A DNA stretch of 44,878 bases from Nitrososphaerota archaeon (GCA_038845265.1 JAWBQR010000004.1:1-44878), one strand, 5' to 3'; numbered from the stretch's first letter, positions 1 through 10,392 are shown. Numbers and translations: made by a program. Notes: a model not told the origin generated them from the sequence alone.

Positions 1-780
1 TTCGATTATTATGGACGGATGTATAAAGTAATGAGTAGCGCCATACTTTACAAACAGCTTGCTGTCTCAGGGCTAGGACGAATATTCTTTTTCTCACCGA
101 ACATCAGGTTAGAACCACCAGAAACTATATCAACAAAACGACATTTAGCAGAATTTATCCAAATTGACTTAGAAGTAGCAGAAATTGATTATTTTGAAGC
201 TATGAAGATCGCTGAGCATCTCTTCAGCTATACCGTTGATGAGGTAATGGACAGGTGTGTTGCAGAACTCGAGCTCCTCGGAAGAAGGCTGAGGCATTAT
301 AAACCACCATTTAAGAAGTATTCGTATGATGAAATATTAAAGATACTGTGGAAGCATGGAAGAAAAACTAAGTATGGGATGGAAATTAGCTGGGAGGATG
401 AGGAGTTCTTATCTGCAATTCATGAAGAACCCCTCTTTATATATGACTATCCAAAAAGCGCTCGAGGATTCTATGACCGTGAGGATGAAAGTAGACCGGG
501 AATATTAAGAGACTTCGACATGATCTACCCATCAGGCTACGGTGAAGCAATATCAGGCGGAGAAAGAGAATACAAATATGAACGAGTAGTCAGTAGGATG
601 CTTAACAGTGGAGAAAACCCAAATAATTATGAATGGTACTTGGAGATGCTTAAAGACGGAGTACCACCGAGCGCTGGTTTCGGAATAGGTATCGAAAGGC
701 TCACTAGATTCTTATGCGGATTAGAAACAGTGTGGGAGGCAAGGCTATGTCCGAAGATACCTGGAATCCATACGCCCTGA
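1..780 (+). CDS. asnA: Archaeal asparagine synthetase A (AsnRS/AspRS catalytic-domain paralog), 5'-truncated by the window edge
   Basis: Frame open from base 1 (FDYYGRMYKVMSSAILYKQ). Class II aaRS motif 2 (SPNIRLE..RHLAEFIQIDLE), GEAISGGERE and motif 3 (PSAGFGIGIERL). The N-terminus is not visible, so absence of an anticodon domain cannot be confirmed. Confidence 0.75.
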   Translation, partial: FDYYGRMYKVMSSAILYKQLAVSGLGRIFFFSPNIRLEPPETISTKRHLAEFIQIDLEVAEIDYFEAMKIAEHLFSYTVDEVMDRCVAELELLGRRLRHYKPPFKKYSYDEILKILWKHGRKTKYGMEISWEDEEFLSAIHEEPLFIYDYPKSARGFYDREDESRPGILRDFDMIYPSGYGEAISGGEREYKYERVVSRMLNSGENPNNYEWYLEMLKDGVPPSAGFGIGIERLTRFLCGLETVWEARLCPKIPGIHTP

Positions 781-857
781 CTTCTACGAGAGAATTATTA
801 TTTCAGTGAAAGTCAATATACCGCTTCTATATCAATGGTATTAGGGCTACATAGTAA

Positions 858-1760
858 ATGAAGGTTCTATTGGTTAACCCGACGTTTGGTGGAGCAAGCG
901 GGACTGGAAGACATGTACAACTGCTCAGTAAAGGTCTACGAGAAGAGGATATCGATGTATCAATACTGGACGGAAGGAATACTTGGAGTCTCAACATACC
1001 TATGATGAAGTCAGCATCTTTCTTAGTGGGCCTCCTTTTCAAAAAATTCCAAGCTGACGTCGTTCATCTTCATAGTCCTAAACTATCGCCACTAATATTC
1101 AAACATCGCAACACGATAATTACTATTCACGGAGGAATGAATGAATATATGCAAAAATACGGACTCATGGGAAGGCTAGTTTCTTCTATATTTTTATCAG
1201 TAATGAAAAAGTCAAGAGTAGTCACTACTGTGTTGAAAACTGAGGCGGAAAGATATGGCTGGACATGGATACCAAACATGACAGATATTAGGACTATTGA
1301 TCAAATAAAACCGATCAATGAGTCATTTGTATTATTTGTGGGTAGAAATGATCCAATAAAGAATTACCAACTCTTTAAGAAAATAGTTACTCGCCTAAAT
1401 CTAAAATACAAAGCATTTGGTGTAGAGGAGATAGCAGATTGGAAAACCGTTATTTCATATATGAAATCAGCAAAATGCCTATTCATCACATCAATTTGGG
1501 AGGGAATGCCATCCGTATTATTAGAAGCATGGGCGGCGGAATGCCCAGTTATTGCAAGTGAGATAGAAGCTTTCCTTCCTTTTCGTGATGCATTGATATT
1601 GAGTAAGCCCAAATTAGAGGAGATGATAAACGCATATAACAATTTAGAATTAGTTAGGGATAAAATTGTTAAAAATGGCAGACGTTATTCAGAAATGTTT
1701 GACTATCCCAAAGTTGTAAAAAAATACTTAAGAATATATGAATACCTCTTGAGTAACTAA
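858..1760 (+). CDS. Glycosyltransferase family 4 (GT-B fold)
   Basis: N-terminal MKVLLV..GGASGTGRHV, LFVGRNDPIKNY, and SIWEGMPSVLLEAWA (E-x7-E motif). Confidence 0.9.
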   Translation: MKVLLVNPTFGGASGTGRHVQLLSKGLREEDIDVSILDGRNTWSLNIPMMKSASFLVGLLFKKFQADVVHLHSPKLSPLIFKHRNTIITIHGGMNEYMQKYGLMGRLVSSIFLSVMKKSRVVTTVLKTEAERYGWTWIPNMTDIRTIDQIKPINESFVLFVGRNDPIKNYQLFKKIVTRLNLKYKAFGVEEIADWKTVISYMKSAKCLFITSIWEGMPSVLLEAWAAECPVIASEIEAFLPFRDALILSKPKLEEMINAYNNLELVRDKIVKNGRRYSEMFDYPKVVKKYLRIYEYLLSN

Positions 1761-1762
1761 TT

Positions 1763-3001
1763 TTACTGTTCTGTCCTAAGCGCTACTACTGGATCGAGGC
1801 TTGCGGCTCTCCTTGCAGGGTAAATACCAGAGATCATGCCTATCATGATTGCGAAGAAAAACGTCTGTATTAATAAGAGGGGGGTAATCGTTGGCTCGTA
1901 AGGAATTGAGCCGAAGCTTGCCATAGAGCTGGTCGTTGACGATTGCTCAAAGTGGAATAAGCTACTTGTCATTATGCTGACTCCGTATGACAGCATTACT
2001 CCGAGCATTATCCCTAATATTCCGCCAATTGCTCCGGTCAATGAAGCCTCAGAAAGAAAGATTATCATTATGTCCCGCTTCGTCATGCCTATAGCTCTGA
2101 GGACACCTATCTCTCTGACCCGTTCCATGACAGACATTATCATCGTATTTGCAATACCTATTCCAGCAACTAGAAGGCTCACAGCCGCTATTACGGCCAA
2201 AAAGAAAGTGAATGAGCCAAGAATGCTTTGAACGGTCCTGAGGATGCTTGTAGGACTAACAATATTTGCATTCCTACCATACATTAATGAGAGCTGATCT
2301 ATGATATAGTCAACATCCCTTGGATCGATTGCCCGGACAAGTATGCCATGATAGAGGCTTTCACCGAAAAGGCGTCTACCACCAGGGATAGTGATGAGAA
2401 CCATTGTGTCAGCGTCTACGAATAGTGTTGCCCCAAATTCATCATAAACGCATGAAACGACATATGAAGCCTGTGTTTTTCCTTTAGGTGTAACTACCTC
2501 TACCGATATTGATTGCCCAGGCAATATTTTAACACCCGGATAGTCAGGTGGAAATGCAAGCTTGTAGCCAATGGCAGCTGACGTTGAATCACTCCGGATG
2601 GGTGGTGTTCCTTGAAGCACTGTTAATTGAGGAAATAGAATCTTAACACTTGCTGGATCTGTTGCGTATACTCGTCCATTGAGTGATATCCCGCCATATT
2701 TCACGGTGGCAGACGTCAAATAAAATGGCAAAACCGCCTCTACTCCAGGTATGAGAGATATCTTTTGTACGTCAGCGTCATTAAATCTCAATGATGATCC
2801 AGTTGACGGAAGTATGACTATATTGTTTGCCCCAAGCTCGAGCAGTTTATTTGTAATAGAATCATTTAGTCCCTGCCCGTTGGCTACCAGTGCTATGATT
2901 AAGGCGGTACCGATAGCAATGCCTAAGATTGTAAGTATGCTTCTTGTCCTTCTTTCCATTAAAGCCTTAAGTCCAAATTTAATGGCCTCTACTAGCTCCA
3001 T
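1763..3001 (-). CDS. ABC transporter permease, MacB/FtsX family
   Basis: RSILTILGIAIG, GIANTMIMSVMERVREIGVLRAIG, C-terminal YPARRAASLDPVVALR. Confidence 0.93.
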   Translation of the reverse strand: MELVEAIKFGLKALMERRTRSILTILGIAIGTALIIALVANGQGLNDSITNKLLELGANNIVILPSTGSSLRFNDADVQKISLIPGVEAVLPFYLTSATVKYGGISLNGRVYATDPASVKILFPQLTVLQGTPPIRSDSTSAAIGYKLAFPPDYPGVKILPGQSISVEVVTPKGKTQASYVVSCVYDEFGATLFVDADTMVLITIPGGRRLFGESLYHGILVRAIDPRDVDYIIDQLSLMYGRNANIVSPTSILRTVQSILGSFTFFLAVIAAVSLLVAGIGIANTMIMSVMERVREIGVLRAIGMTKRDIMIIFLSEASLTGAIGGILGIMLGVMLSYGVSIMTSSLFHFEQSSTTSSMASFGSIPYEPTITPLLLIQTFFFAIMIGMISGIYPARRAASLDPVVALRTEQ

Positions 3002-4931
3002 GTCTCCTCCTTCTCAATAGAATAGCAACTGATCCCACAATAGCAATTATAACCACGAGAACAATTATGAGGTTAAGAATCTCCTGACTAATTAATGGCT
3101 TCTCCTTCTCAGACAGGTGTGGTAAAGTAATCGTAAGGCTGACAGGTTGAGTATATACATGTTCCCTCCTCAGCTCATCTTTATATTTAATAATTATGAC
3201 ACCATCTAATCTAATGTTGTCAGAGATTAGATTATTGATGAGTTTAACATTAAAGGGTAGAGGCGCGTTTGGATTTAGATCGCCAATATAGATAGTTTGT
3301 CCAGGCGCTGTCAGGGGCGACTCAAATTCAACTGTCGTGAACAGAGCAGGGACATTGCCTTCATTAAGAATATTTCCCGTCAACATGGGTGACCCCGCAA
3401 GAAATATAACATTCAAGTCATAAACTCTCAAATTTATGAAACCTTCAATAATGAAGCCTACCTCCCTCTCCTCATTTATAGTCTCTCCATTATCACTTGT
3501 CACATACTGTATCTTCATCCGCAGCCTAGCGGGTGAACCTGCCAACGACGGTGACGCAAACAATGATACATTTATTGACTCTGTCTTAGCTGGATCGATC
3601 TTATCTATCTTCCAGTTATTTGAGCCAATAACTGATAATCCGGTCTCGATAGGACTGGCAATAATTACGACTTTATCAAGTCTCGCCCTATAGTTGTTTA
3701 ATATGTCGATCTTAATTGTCTCTACCTTACCGGCCGTAATCGAAGAGCTAGTTGAGAGGAGAATGTTTGGAGATTTTGGTTCTTCTTCACCGATAAATAA
3801 GGCTATAAATGATTGCTCAACATCCTGATTTCCATTTCTGTCCCTATACTTAATCGTGAGGGGCAACATCGTTACAGACCTAGAAATAGCGCTCGATATT
3901 GCCAGTTTGACCTTAATGACTGCCGTTTGTTTTGGGTCTAATTTTTTAAAGGTCCAAGAGGTCGGCTCACCTACGGGTAATACTTGTATTGAAGCAGGTG
4001 GATTAAAGGCCAGCCTAATGTCGTACGCAGATTCAATACCTTCATTCATTATGTAGAGTTCAGCAACTGATTCACTGTTTGGCTTAAGTGAATATCCAGA
4101 CAACCATACCTTAATGTCTATGTCCTTAGTGAATGTCTTAACAATCTGGATGCCATGAACACTTGAATGCGTGACTATCTGACCAACAGTATTTCTATAA
4201 ACTGCTTGGGCTTGAAGCAAAACAGTTGTGTCTGAGACCTGCTGATTAGCGTATATTGCACTTTCTAGCTCTACAGCCTTACCAGGCTCGAGCTTATCTA
4301 ATATCCAATAGGTGTCACCGATTAAGGAAACCGAAGGATAGTTAGAAATCTGACTGAGCTGAACTCTTACATCTGACGCAGCTGCCTCCCCTATATTTTT
4401 CACTTTCAAAAGAATTGGAGTAAGTCTTCCCGGCTCTACGTTATTTGGATACATCTCAAAGATAATTTTCGATTTCCCCATCAAGTTTATTCTTACATCA
4501 AAGAATTGTCTTCGAGTCTGCTCTCCAACCTCATCATATGTTAGATCAAGTTTGGCAGTATATTCACCTATTCGCGTATCTGCCCCTATATTTATATAGA
4601 ATGTAATTTCGAAGATACCGCCAGGAGGGACCGCTCCTAAATAGGTAGCTTCTGCGAGGTTGGGAGAGGAGGGATAAGTGGAGGAAAAACCATCAGGCAG
4701 ATAAAGCTTCGCCAAGATATTCGAAACTTTAGATTCTTCGTAATCACTTCCAAGAACTACTGTAAACGGCAGATACATATCTCCTGGGCATGCTTCTACC
4801 CTCGTCCCCCCAGACCCCCAGTAACTATCCAGCAATTTTATTGTGTCTGTAGAGGCATATACGGGCTGAAACATGATGGGTAGTATAAAGACGCAAATGA
4901 CCAAGATTGCTGCAATTATGTAGCTACGCAT
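2979..4931 (-). CDS. COG1361-type S-layer-domain/Ig-like repeat protein, membrane-anchored ABC partner
   Basis: N-terminal signal peptide, repeated beta-rich N-x-G-x3-A units, C-terminal TM helix followed by RRRR; lies between the ABC ATPase and permease. Confidence 0.8.
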   Translation of the reverse strand: MRSYIIAAILVICVFILPIMFQPVYASTDTIKLLDSYWGSGGTRVEACPGDMYLPFTVVLGSDYEESKVSNILAKLYLPDGFSSTYPSSPNLAEATYLGAVPPGGIFEITFYINIGADTRIGEYTAKLDLTYDEVGEQTRRQFFDVRINLMGKSKIIFEMYPNNVEPGRLTPILLKVKNIGEAAASDVRVQLSQISNYPSVSLIGDTYWILDKLEPGKAVELESAIYANQQVSDTTVLLQAQAVYRNTVGQIVTHSSVHGIQIVKTFTKDIDIKVWLSGYSLKPNSESVAELYIMNEGIESAYDIRLAFNPPASIQVLPVGEPTSWTFKKLDPKQTAVIKVKLAISSAISRSVTMLPLTIKYRDRNGNQDVEQSFIALFIGEEEPKSPNILLSTSSSITAGKVETIKIDILNNYRARLDKVVIIASPIETGLSVIGSNNWKIDKIDPAKTESINVSLFASPSLAGSPARLRMKIQYVTSDNGETINEEREVGFIIEGFINLRVYDLNVIFLAGSPMLTGNILNEGNVPALFTTVEFESPLTAPGQTIYIGDLNPNAPLPFNVKLINNLISDNIRLDGVIIIKYKDELRREHVYTQPVSLTITLPHLSEKEKPLISQEILNLIIVLVVIIAIVGSVAILLRRRRHGASRGH

Positions 4932-5643
4932 TACTGACCACCTCTATTGATTCGACTCTTCCATCTCTAATCCTAACTATTTTCTGACAGTTATTTGCTA
5001 CTTCTGGATTATGTGTCACAATAACTATTGTCGTGCCTAACTCTTCATTTATGTTCTTCAAGATGTCGACTACTAATTTGCTATTTCGAGAGTCAAGATT
5101 TCCAGTTGGCTCATCTGCAAGCAGTATTTCGGGCCTACCAACTATAGCACGAGCGATCGCAACCCTCTGTTGTTCTCCCCCACTCATCTCTGTTGGCTTA
5201 TTCATTAATCTCTCTTCTAAACCGACTAATGAAAGTGCTTGAATTGCAAGTTTTCTTCTCTCCTCCTTCCTTAAACCTCTGATTATTAATGGCAGCTCAA
5301 CATTTTCTAAAGCAGTCAATCTTGGGATTAGGTTGAATGTTTGAAATACAAAACCTATAATATTATTTCGAATTCTTGTAAGTTCTGCGTCATTTAACTT
5401 TGTCACGTCTTGACCGTTTATTATTACTTTGCCTGAAGTCGGCCTGTCGAGTGTTCCCGCAATATGTAAGAATGTAGATTTTCCACTGCCGCTGGGACCC
5501 ATTACCGACATCATCTCTCCTTTTCTTATCTTGAGGGACAACCCCCTTAGCGCTGGGAACTCAACTTTACCGAGTCTATATATCTTCCATACATTGTCCA
5601 TTATGATTATATTCTCTTGTCCATCTTCGTCATTCAATATCAT
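4924..5643 (-). CDS. ABC transporter ATP-binding protein (LolD/MacB-type)
   Basis: Walker A GPSGSGKST, signature MSGGEQQRVAIARA, LLADEPTGNLD, H-loop VTH. Confidence 0.96.
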   Translation of the reverse strand: MILNDEDGQENIIIMDNVWKIYRLGKVEFPALRGLSLKIRKGEMMSVMGPSGSGKSTFLHIAGTLDRPTSGKVIINGQDVTKLNDAELTRIRNNIIGFVFQTFNLIPRLTALENVELPLIIRGLRKEERRKLAIQALSLVGLEERLMNKPTEMSGGEQQRVAIARAIVGRPEILLADEPTGNLDSRNSKLVVDILKNINEELGTTIVIVTHNPEVANNCQKIVRIRDGRVESIEVVSNA

Positions 5644-5759
5644 TCACCGACGTTAATTAATGATTGCCCTTATAAATACCATTACCATGAATTATTCATT
5701 ACAATGAAATATGGTTAAATAATGAGTGTGATTCATTGATTTTACGGCGCAGTAAGTAG

Positions 5760-6023
5760 ATGGGAAAAGTAAGAACCAGAAAAGTAAAGGTCTATGCAAA
5801 AGATATACTCGAGAAGTTTCCATCAGAAGTTTCACATAATTTTGAGGAAAATAAAAGGCTAGTAGGAATAGCCCTCAGAGGACAGGTATCTAAAAAACTT
5901 AGAAATAGAGTTGCAGGTTATCTTACAGCTTTGGCGAAAAAATTAGAAGAGAAGCAGAAAAAGGAGGCTGAGGCTATGTCTGCAGATACTAATAATTTAG
6001 GGGTCAAAGAGGGTAATATTTAA
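5760..6023 (+). CDS. rps17e: 30S ribosomal protein S17e
   Basis: MGKVRTRKVK...FEENK...SKKLRNRVAGYLT. Confidence 0.96.
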   Translation: MGKVRTRKVKVYAKDILEKFPSEVSHNFEENKRLVGIALRGQVSKKLRNRVAGYLTALAKKLEEKQKKEAEAMSADTNNLGVKEGNI

Positions 6024-6044
6024 GCTAGTTTATTTATTGAGAGA

Positions 6045-7136
6045 ATGATGCCGAAGAATAAAAAAGAGGCGATTGAGAAGCGGAAATTAGATCACCTTAA
6101 AATTGTATTTGAAGAAGATGTGGGATTTTTAAAAACAAACTGGCTCGAGTATGTCGAACCTGTACATTCTGCTATTCCTGAATTAGATTTTATTTCAATT
6201 AATACTCAAGCAAAGTTTCTCAAAAGAGTATTTTCTGCTCCTATAGTTATCGAGAGTATGACTGGGGGAACAAAGGCGGCTGCAGAGATCAACGCTAGGT
6301 TAGCAAAAGTTGCTGAGATGGAAAATATACCAATGGGTGTTGGTAGTCAAAGAATAGCAATAGAAAAGCCTGAACTCGCCTATACGTTCTCCATCACGCG
6401 AGAAGTCGCTCCAAAAGCCTTTCTAATGGCAAATTTAGGCGCAGCGCAAGTCATTAAACATGGAGAAGAGTTTGCTTGGAAAGCCATCAAGATGATCGAA
6501 GCTGACGCTCTAATAATACACTCAAATCCCTTGCAAGAACTCATTCAACCATCAGGAGATACATATTTTTCAGGATTATTGCATTCACTTAAAAAAATTT
6601 CAGAGAATATTGATGTACCTCTTATTGTCAAAGAAGTTGGGTGCGGCATCTCATTGAGTGACGCAATTAAGCTTAGAGATGTGGGGGTAGCGGCCATCGA
6701 TACCGCAGGAGCAGGCGGTACGAATTGGGCAAAAATTGAAGGGATCAGGGCAAGAAAAGAAGGAGACGTTTTGAGAGAAAAACTCTCCATGCTTTTTCAA
6801 GAGTGGGGAATACCTACTGCTGCATCTGTTGCTGAAATATCACAACTAGATGGTATCGAAGTGATAGGTTCAGGGGGAATAAGAAATGGACTAGAAATAG
6901 CCAAGGTCATTATGTTGGGAGCCGAAATGGCAGGTCTTGCGAATCCGTTCTTAAAGGCTGCGAAGAAAGGAGAGAAGTCAATAAAAAAGTTAATTGAGCA
7001 ACTTCTGATTGAGCTCAAAACAACAATGTTTCTAGTGGGTGCAAAAGATATAGCATCCCTCTCAACTTCGCAGAGAGTGATATTTGGCCCTCTAAAGACA
7101 TGGTTAGAACAAAGATTAGGAAGCCTGAAGAGGTAG
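6045..7136 (+). CDS. fni: Type 2 isopentenyl-diphosphate delta-isomerase (FMN-dependent)
   Basis: RKLDHL, SMTGG, MGVGSQR, NPLQE, VKEVGCG, AGAGGTNW, WGIPTA, SGGIRNG. Confidence 0.96.
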   Translation: MMPKNKKEAIEKRKLDHLKIVFEEDVGFLKTNWLEYVEPVHSAIPELDFISINTQAKFLKRVFSAPIVIESMTGGTKAAAEINARLAKVAEMENIPMGVGSQRIAIEKPELAYTFSITREVAPKAFLMANLGAAQVIKHGEEFAWKAIKMIEADALIIHSNPLQELIQPSGDTYFSGLLHSLKKISENIDVPLIVKEVGCGISLSDAIKLRDVGVAAIDTAGAGGTNWAKIEGIRARKEGDVLREKLSMLFQEWGIPTAASVAEISQLDGIEVIGSGGIRNGLEIAKVIMLGAEMAGLANPFLKAAKKGEKSIKKLIEQLLIELKTTMFLVGAKDIASLSTSQRVIFGPLKTWLEQRLGSLKR

Positions 7137-7157
7137 TATTCTAATTGTTGACGAAAA

Positions 7158-7964
7158 CTATATGAAAAGACCATAATTAAATATTATTAAGAGACCAATG
7201 CTTAATCCGAACATCAACATCCAAATAGTTTTATTATAGCTGAATATCTTAAGCCCGTCAAGCTGACCGAGAGGGATCAAATTGAACATTGCTATATATG
7301 CATTCAACAACCCTAGAATTCGCAATCCCTGAAAAATTAATAATGTTTCAAAATTAATCGATATCAATGCTATAAAGAATGCAAAAGAGATTACTAAATT
7401 GGCCAGTGGTCCAACAAGGGCAACGATACATAGCTCACGGAGATTACTGATTCCTCTAACAACAACTGCTCCAGGCGCTACGAATTTTATCGGTAAAAAA
7501 ATCGATGCCAAAGTGATTATTACCCCGATTGTATTAAGTCTGAATCCCGCTGTTAATCCTTTCCAATTGCCTACAAACTTGTGAGCAAGTTCATGAACAA
7601 GGAATGACATAGCAAATCCAAGAGATAAAATTATCATTATAGTTATGTTGTTTAGGTCGAATCTTAAGAGGGAAAGCCCGACAGCCATTACGAGCAGGGT
7701 CCCGATGGTTAGGTGAGTAACCTCGTTTGTAAGAAAGTTGAAACGACCCTTGATGCTTACGGACTTAAAGGTCTGGGGAGCGGCCCATTCCCTTTCTCTC
7801 TTCCTTCGAGACTCTATCAAATTAATCTCTACGGGGCTCCTTGCTAGGTGGATCGCCTGGCATTCATGTTGTTCTGGCAGTCTATGGACAGCACAGTAAT
7901 ACTGATTGCAGTAGGCACATCGGAAAGGTAATATCTCCTCCTTCCCACACTTTGTACATTTCAT
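7158..7964 (-). CDS. AN1-type zinc finger fused to M50 (site-2) intramembrane metalloprotease
   Basis: CTKC-x9-CAYC-x4-CAVHRLPEQHEC; HELAH zinc motif; VGPLAN; NLIPLGQLDG. Confidence 0.88.
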   Translation of the reverse strand: MKCTKCGKEEILPFRCAYCNQYYCAVHRLPEQHECQAIHLARSPVEINLIESRRKREREWAAPQTFKSVSIKGRFNFLTNEVTHLTIGTLLVMAVGLSLLRFDLNNITIMIILSLGFAMSFLVHELAHKFVGNWKGLTAGFRLNTIGVIITLASIFLPIKFVAPGAVVVRGISNLRELCIVALVGPLANLVISFAFFIALISINFETLLIFQGLRILGLLNAYIAMFNLIPLGQLDGLKIFSYNKTIWMLMFGLSIGLLIIFNYGLFI

Positions 7965-8118
7965 ATATCGTTCTCACTCATCAGCAAGTCTCGTGGTAAT
8001 TGGTCAGAACATAGTTAAAACCCTTTTTCCATGGCCTCATCGTAGCTGTCAAAAACGGCCCAGAGATAAACTTTATGAATTACGATTAATGCTAAGTTTA
8101 TTTAGGATAGAGAAAGTC

Positions 8119-9270
8119 ATGCCTATATATGAAGCACTTAGCCCAGTAAACACCGTATCAGACCAGATAAGTGTATTACTTCAATTGTTATGGTTCGTCT
8201 TTTTCATCTCATTTTTCTTCTTGTACCCGATGTTTGGTCAACGCGCTCAGATGACTTTTCTTTTAAGAGACATAGAGAAAAAACTTAACAGATTAAAATT
8301 GATCCGTGACGAGGTAAAGCAACGAACAATTCAAGGCATCAAACAGAATGGAGGGATAGACTCTGAAGAAGTATTGAATCAAAAACTAGATGGACTACTA
8401 GAATATTTCTACATACAGCCAGAAGCAATGGATCCCATGGGCATAGTGTATAAACTTGAACATATACTAAACATTGGTGAAAATAGATTTGAGGAGCAGG
8501 TCATGTCTCTTGTTCCATCTGCGCCTCTACACAAGATCAAGTCTTTAACAAATTTAGTTGAAGTGGCTAGAGCTGTTAATCTCATTTATCGAGTGGTCCG
8601 TCATTACTACCTTGTCGGTAAAAAGACTGCGAATTATGTCTTAGCGCTTCAACTTCAAATGATTTTACCTCAATTGATAGAGATAGCTGAGGCTTATCGA
8701 AATGCATCATTCGCATTCCTAAACGGGCAACCCATAGGTGACGGAGTAGGTGTTTTGGTCGTTGCGAAGTTTGCACGAGAATCTAAGATAATATCATCAT
8801 CCGAAGTTGTTAAGGATACCTCTGTATCTCTAGCAGAGTTCGAGGGGAGGAAAGTTTACATCGTCAGAGCAATCGGCCCCGGAGGCACGGTTGGTAAGCC
8901 TGGCGACGCGGTCTTAAAAGTAATCAATGATAGCGAGGAGAAAATTGACTTAATAATTACTGTGGATGCTGCATTGAAGCTCGAGGGTGAAGAGACGGGA
9001 AAGGTTGCAGAGGGTGTAGGAGTAGCTATTGGAGGACCTGGCGTAGATAAATTCAAAATCGAGACCATTGCCCGGGAGAAAAATATCCCGTTGTATGCAA
9101 TAGTTATTTATCAATCGATAACTGAGGCCATCACTCCCTTAAAGGAATCGATCGTTAAGTCTGCAGAAACCGCACTAAATAGGATAAAAGAACTAATAAA
9201 AGAGAAAGCACCAGAGAAAGGAGTAGTTATATTGGCAGGTATTGGAAACACGATAGGGATAGGGATGTGA
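8119..9270 (+). CDS. DUF1512 family protein (N-terminal TM helix; start re-assigned to ATG 8119)
   Basis: DPMGIV, PIGDGVG, GPGGTVGKPG, IITVDAALKLEGE, GIGNTIGIG. The ORF-track extension from 7993 crosses the divergent promoter region. Confidence 0.85.
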   Translation: MPIYEALSPVNTVSDQISVLLQLLWFVFFISFFFLYPMFGQRAQMTFLLRDIEKKLNRLKLIRDEVKQRTIQGIKQNGGIDSEEVLNQKLDGLLEYFYIQPEAMDPMGIVYKLEHILNIGENRFEEQVMSLVPSAPLHKIKSLTNLVEVARAVNLIYRVVRHYYLVGKKTANYVLALQLQMILPQLIEIAEAYRNASFAFLNGQPIGDGVGVLVVAKFARESKIISSSEVVKDTSVSLAEFEGRKVYIVRAIGPGGTVGKPGDAVLKVINDSEEKIDLIITVDAALKLEGEETGKVAEGVGVAIGGPGVDKFKIETIAREKNIPLYAIVIYQSITEAITPLKESIVKSAETALNRIKELIKEKAPEKGVVILAGIGNTIGIGM

Positions 9271-9506
9271 ACATTATGAATAGTATAAGGTTTATGCCTT
9301 CAGTTCAAAAAGAGCAACTTAAGGGGTACATTCCTCCATTGACCTACCTAAAATGTGAGTCCTGTGGCACGATAAACTCTAGACCTCATATTGATGGTGA
9401 TTATATCTTTAAGAAAGTAGAAGAAAAGTGTCCTAAATGCGGCGGAACAGATATGATAATAATAAGCATCCATGTTGAAGAGAGAACAAAACATTCCATT
9501 AAGTAA
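9267..9506 (+). CDS. Small zinc-ribbon protein coupled to the DUF1512 gene
   Basis: CESC...GDYIFK...CPKCGG; GTGA overlap with the upstream stop. Confidence 0.8.
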   Translation: MNIMNSIRFMPSVQKEQLKGYIPPLTYLKCESCGTINSRPHIDGDYIFKKVEEKCPKCGGTDMIIISIHVEERTKHSIK

Positions 9507-10392
9507 CTACTTCGCATCCTTCTTCGAGTACAATAATTGTATGCTCTGCTTGTGCAACAGGAGCGCCAACCTTCTCAACCAGCACAGGATACCCTTTAAT
9601 TACTCCCCTCTTCACTAATTTTTCATGTAGTTGCCATTTTTCTCTTTCTATCCAGCGAAGAGTATATGGAAGCCCCCTAGTTGATGTTTTAAGTTCTCTT
9701 AACAGATTTAATTCGTCGTGTGATAGACGTTCTTCATCCAGATATTCCATTTGTATGCTAAAAATGTTTACTGTACTTGAACTAACGACTAATCCTGAAC
9801 CTGTTCCTAGTGTAACGAATGGTTCAATTGCATAGATCTTCCCGTATTCAAGTTTGGTAGTTTCTTTTGTTTTAACATTTGGTATTGAAGTACCTGAATG
9901 TAAGCTATATTTTTTAATCTCGTGGCCACTCAAATTTCTAATAGGTTTAAAGCCATACTGAGATACAGTTTCATTGATAACATTTCCAATCTCAGATGCC
10001 CTTATACCTGACCTTACTATTTTGATAGCATTTCTAAGTGCGTTTTCAGCAGCTTCTATCAGCTTCACCTGCGAGTTTGGGAGCCCGACAGTAACTGCGG
10101 TATCAGCAATATATCCACCACACTCAACTCCTAGGTCAACCTTAACAAGCGCACCACTAGGAATTATTATATTTTCGACGGGTGTAGGTGTAAAATGTGC
10201 CGCGACTGAGTTTACGCAGATGTTACACGGAAATGCAGGGCGTCCTCCATACTCAACTATCTTGTCTTCGACCGTTTGGGCTATCGTTAATGCATCAACA
10301 CCCTCTCTTACAAGTGCTGGGACTACGCTCCTCACTTTCTTTGCAATCTCACCAGCAGTTCTTAATAGTCGGTAATCTTCCTCACTCAGCAT
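9499..10392 (-). CDS. map: Methionine aminopeptidase type II
   Basis: AFPCN, AAHFTP, KVDLGV, DTAVT, NLSGH, AIEPF, AQAEHT. Confidence 0.95.
   Translation of the reverse strand: MLSEEDYRLLRTAGEIAKKVRSVVPALVREGVDALTIAQTVEDKIVEYGGRPAFPCNICVNSVAAHFTPTPVENIIIPSGALVKVDLGVECGGYIADTAVTVGLPNSQVKLIEAAENALRNAIKIVRSGIRASEIGNVINETVSQYGFKPIRNLSGHEIKKYSLHSGTSIPNVKTKETTKLEYGKIYAIEPFVTLGTGSGLVVSSSTVNIFSIQMEYLDEERLSHDELNLLRELKTSTRGLPYTLRWIEREKWQLHEKLVKRGVIKGYPVLVEKVGAPVAQAEHTIIVLEEGCEVVT

Noticed and set aside
7975-8045. Possible C/D-box sRNA on the minus strand (CGATGA...CTGA...CTGA)
   Set aside because: Imperfect C box, irregular spacing, no C' box and no recognisable target; more simply promoter/UTR sequence.
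7993-8118. N-terminal extension of the DUF1512 ORF
   Set aside because: It crosses the divergent promoter region; ATG 8119 precedes the TM helix.
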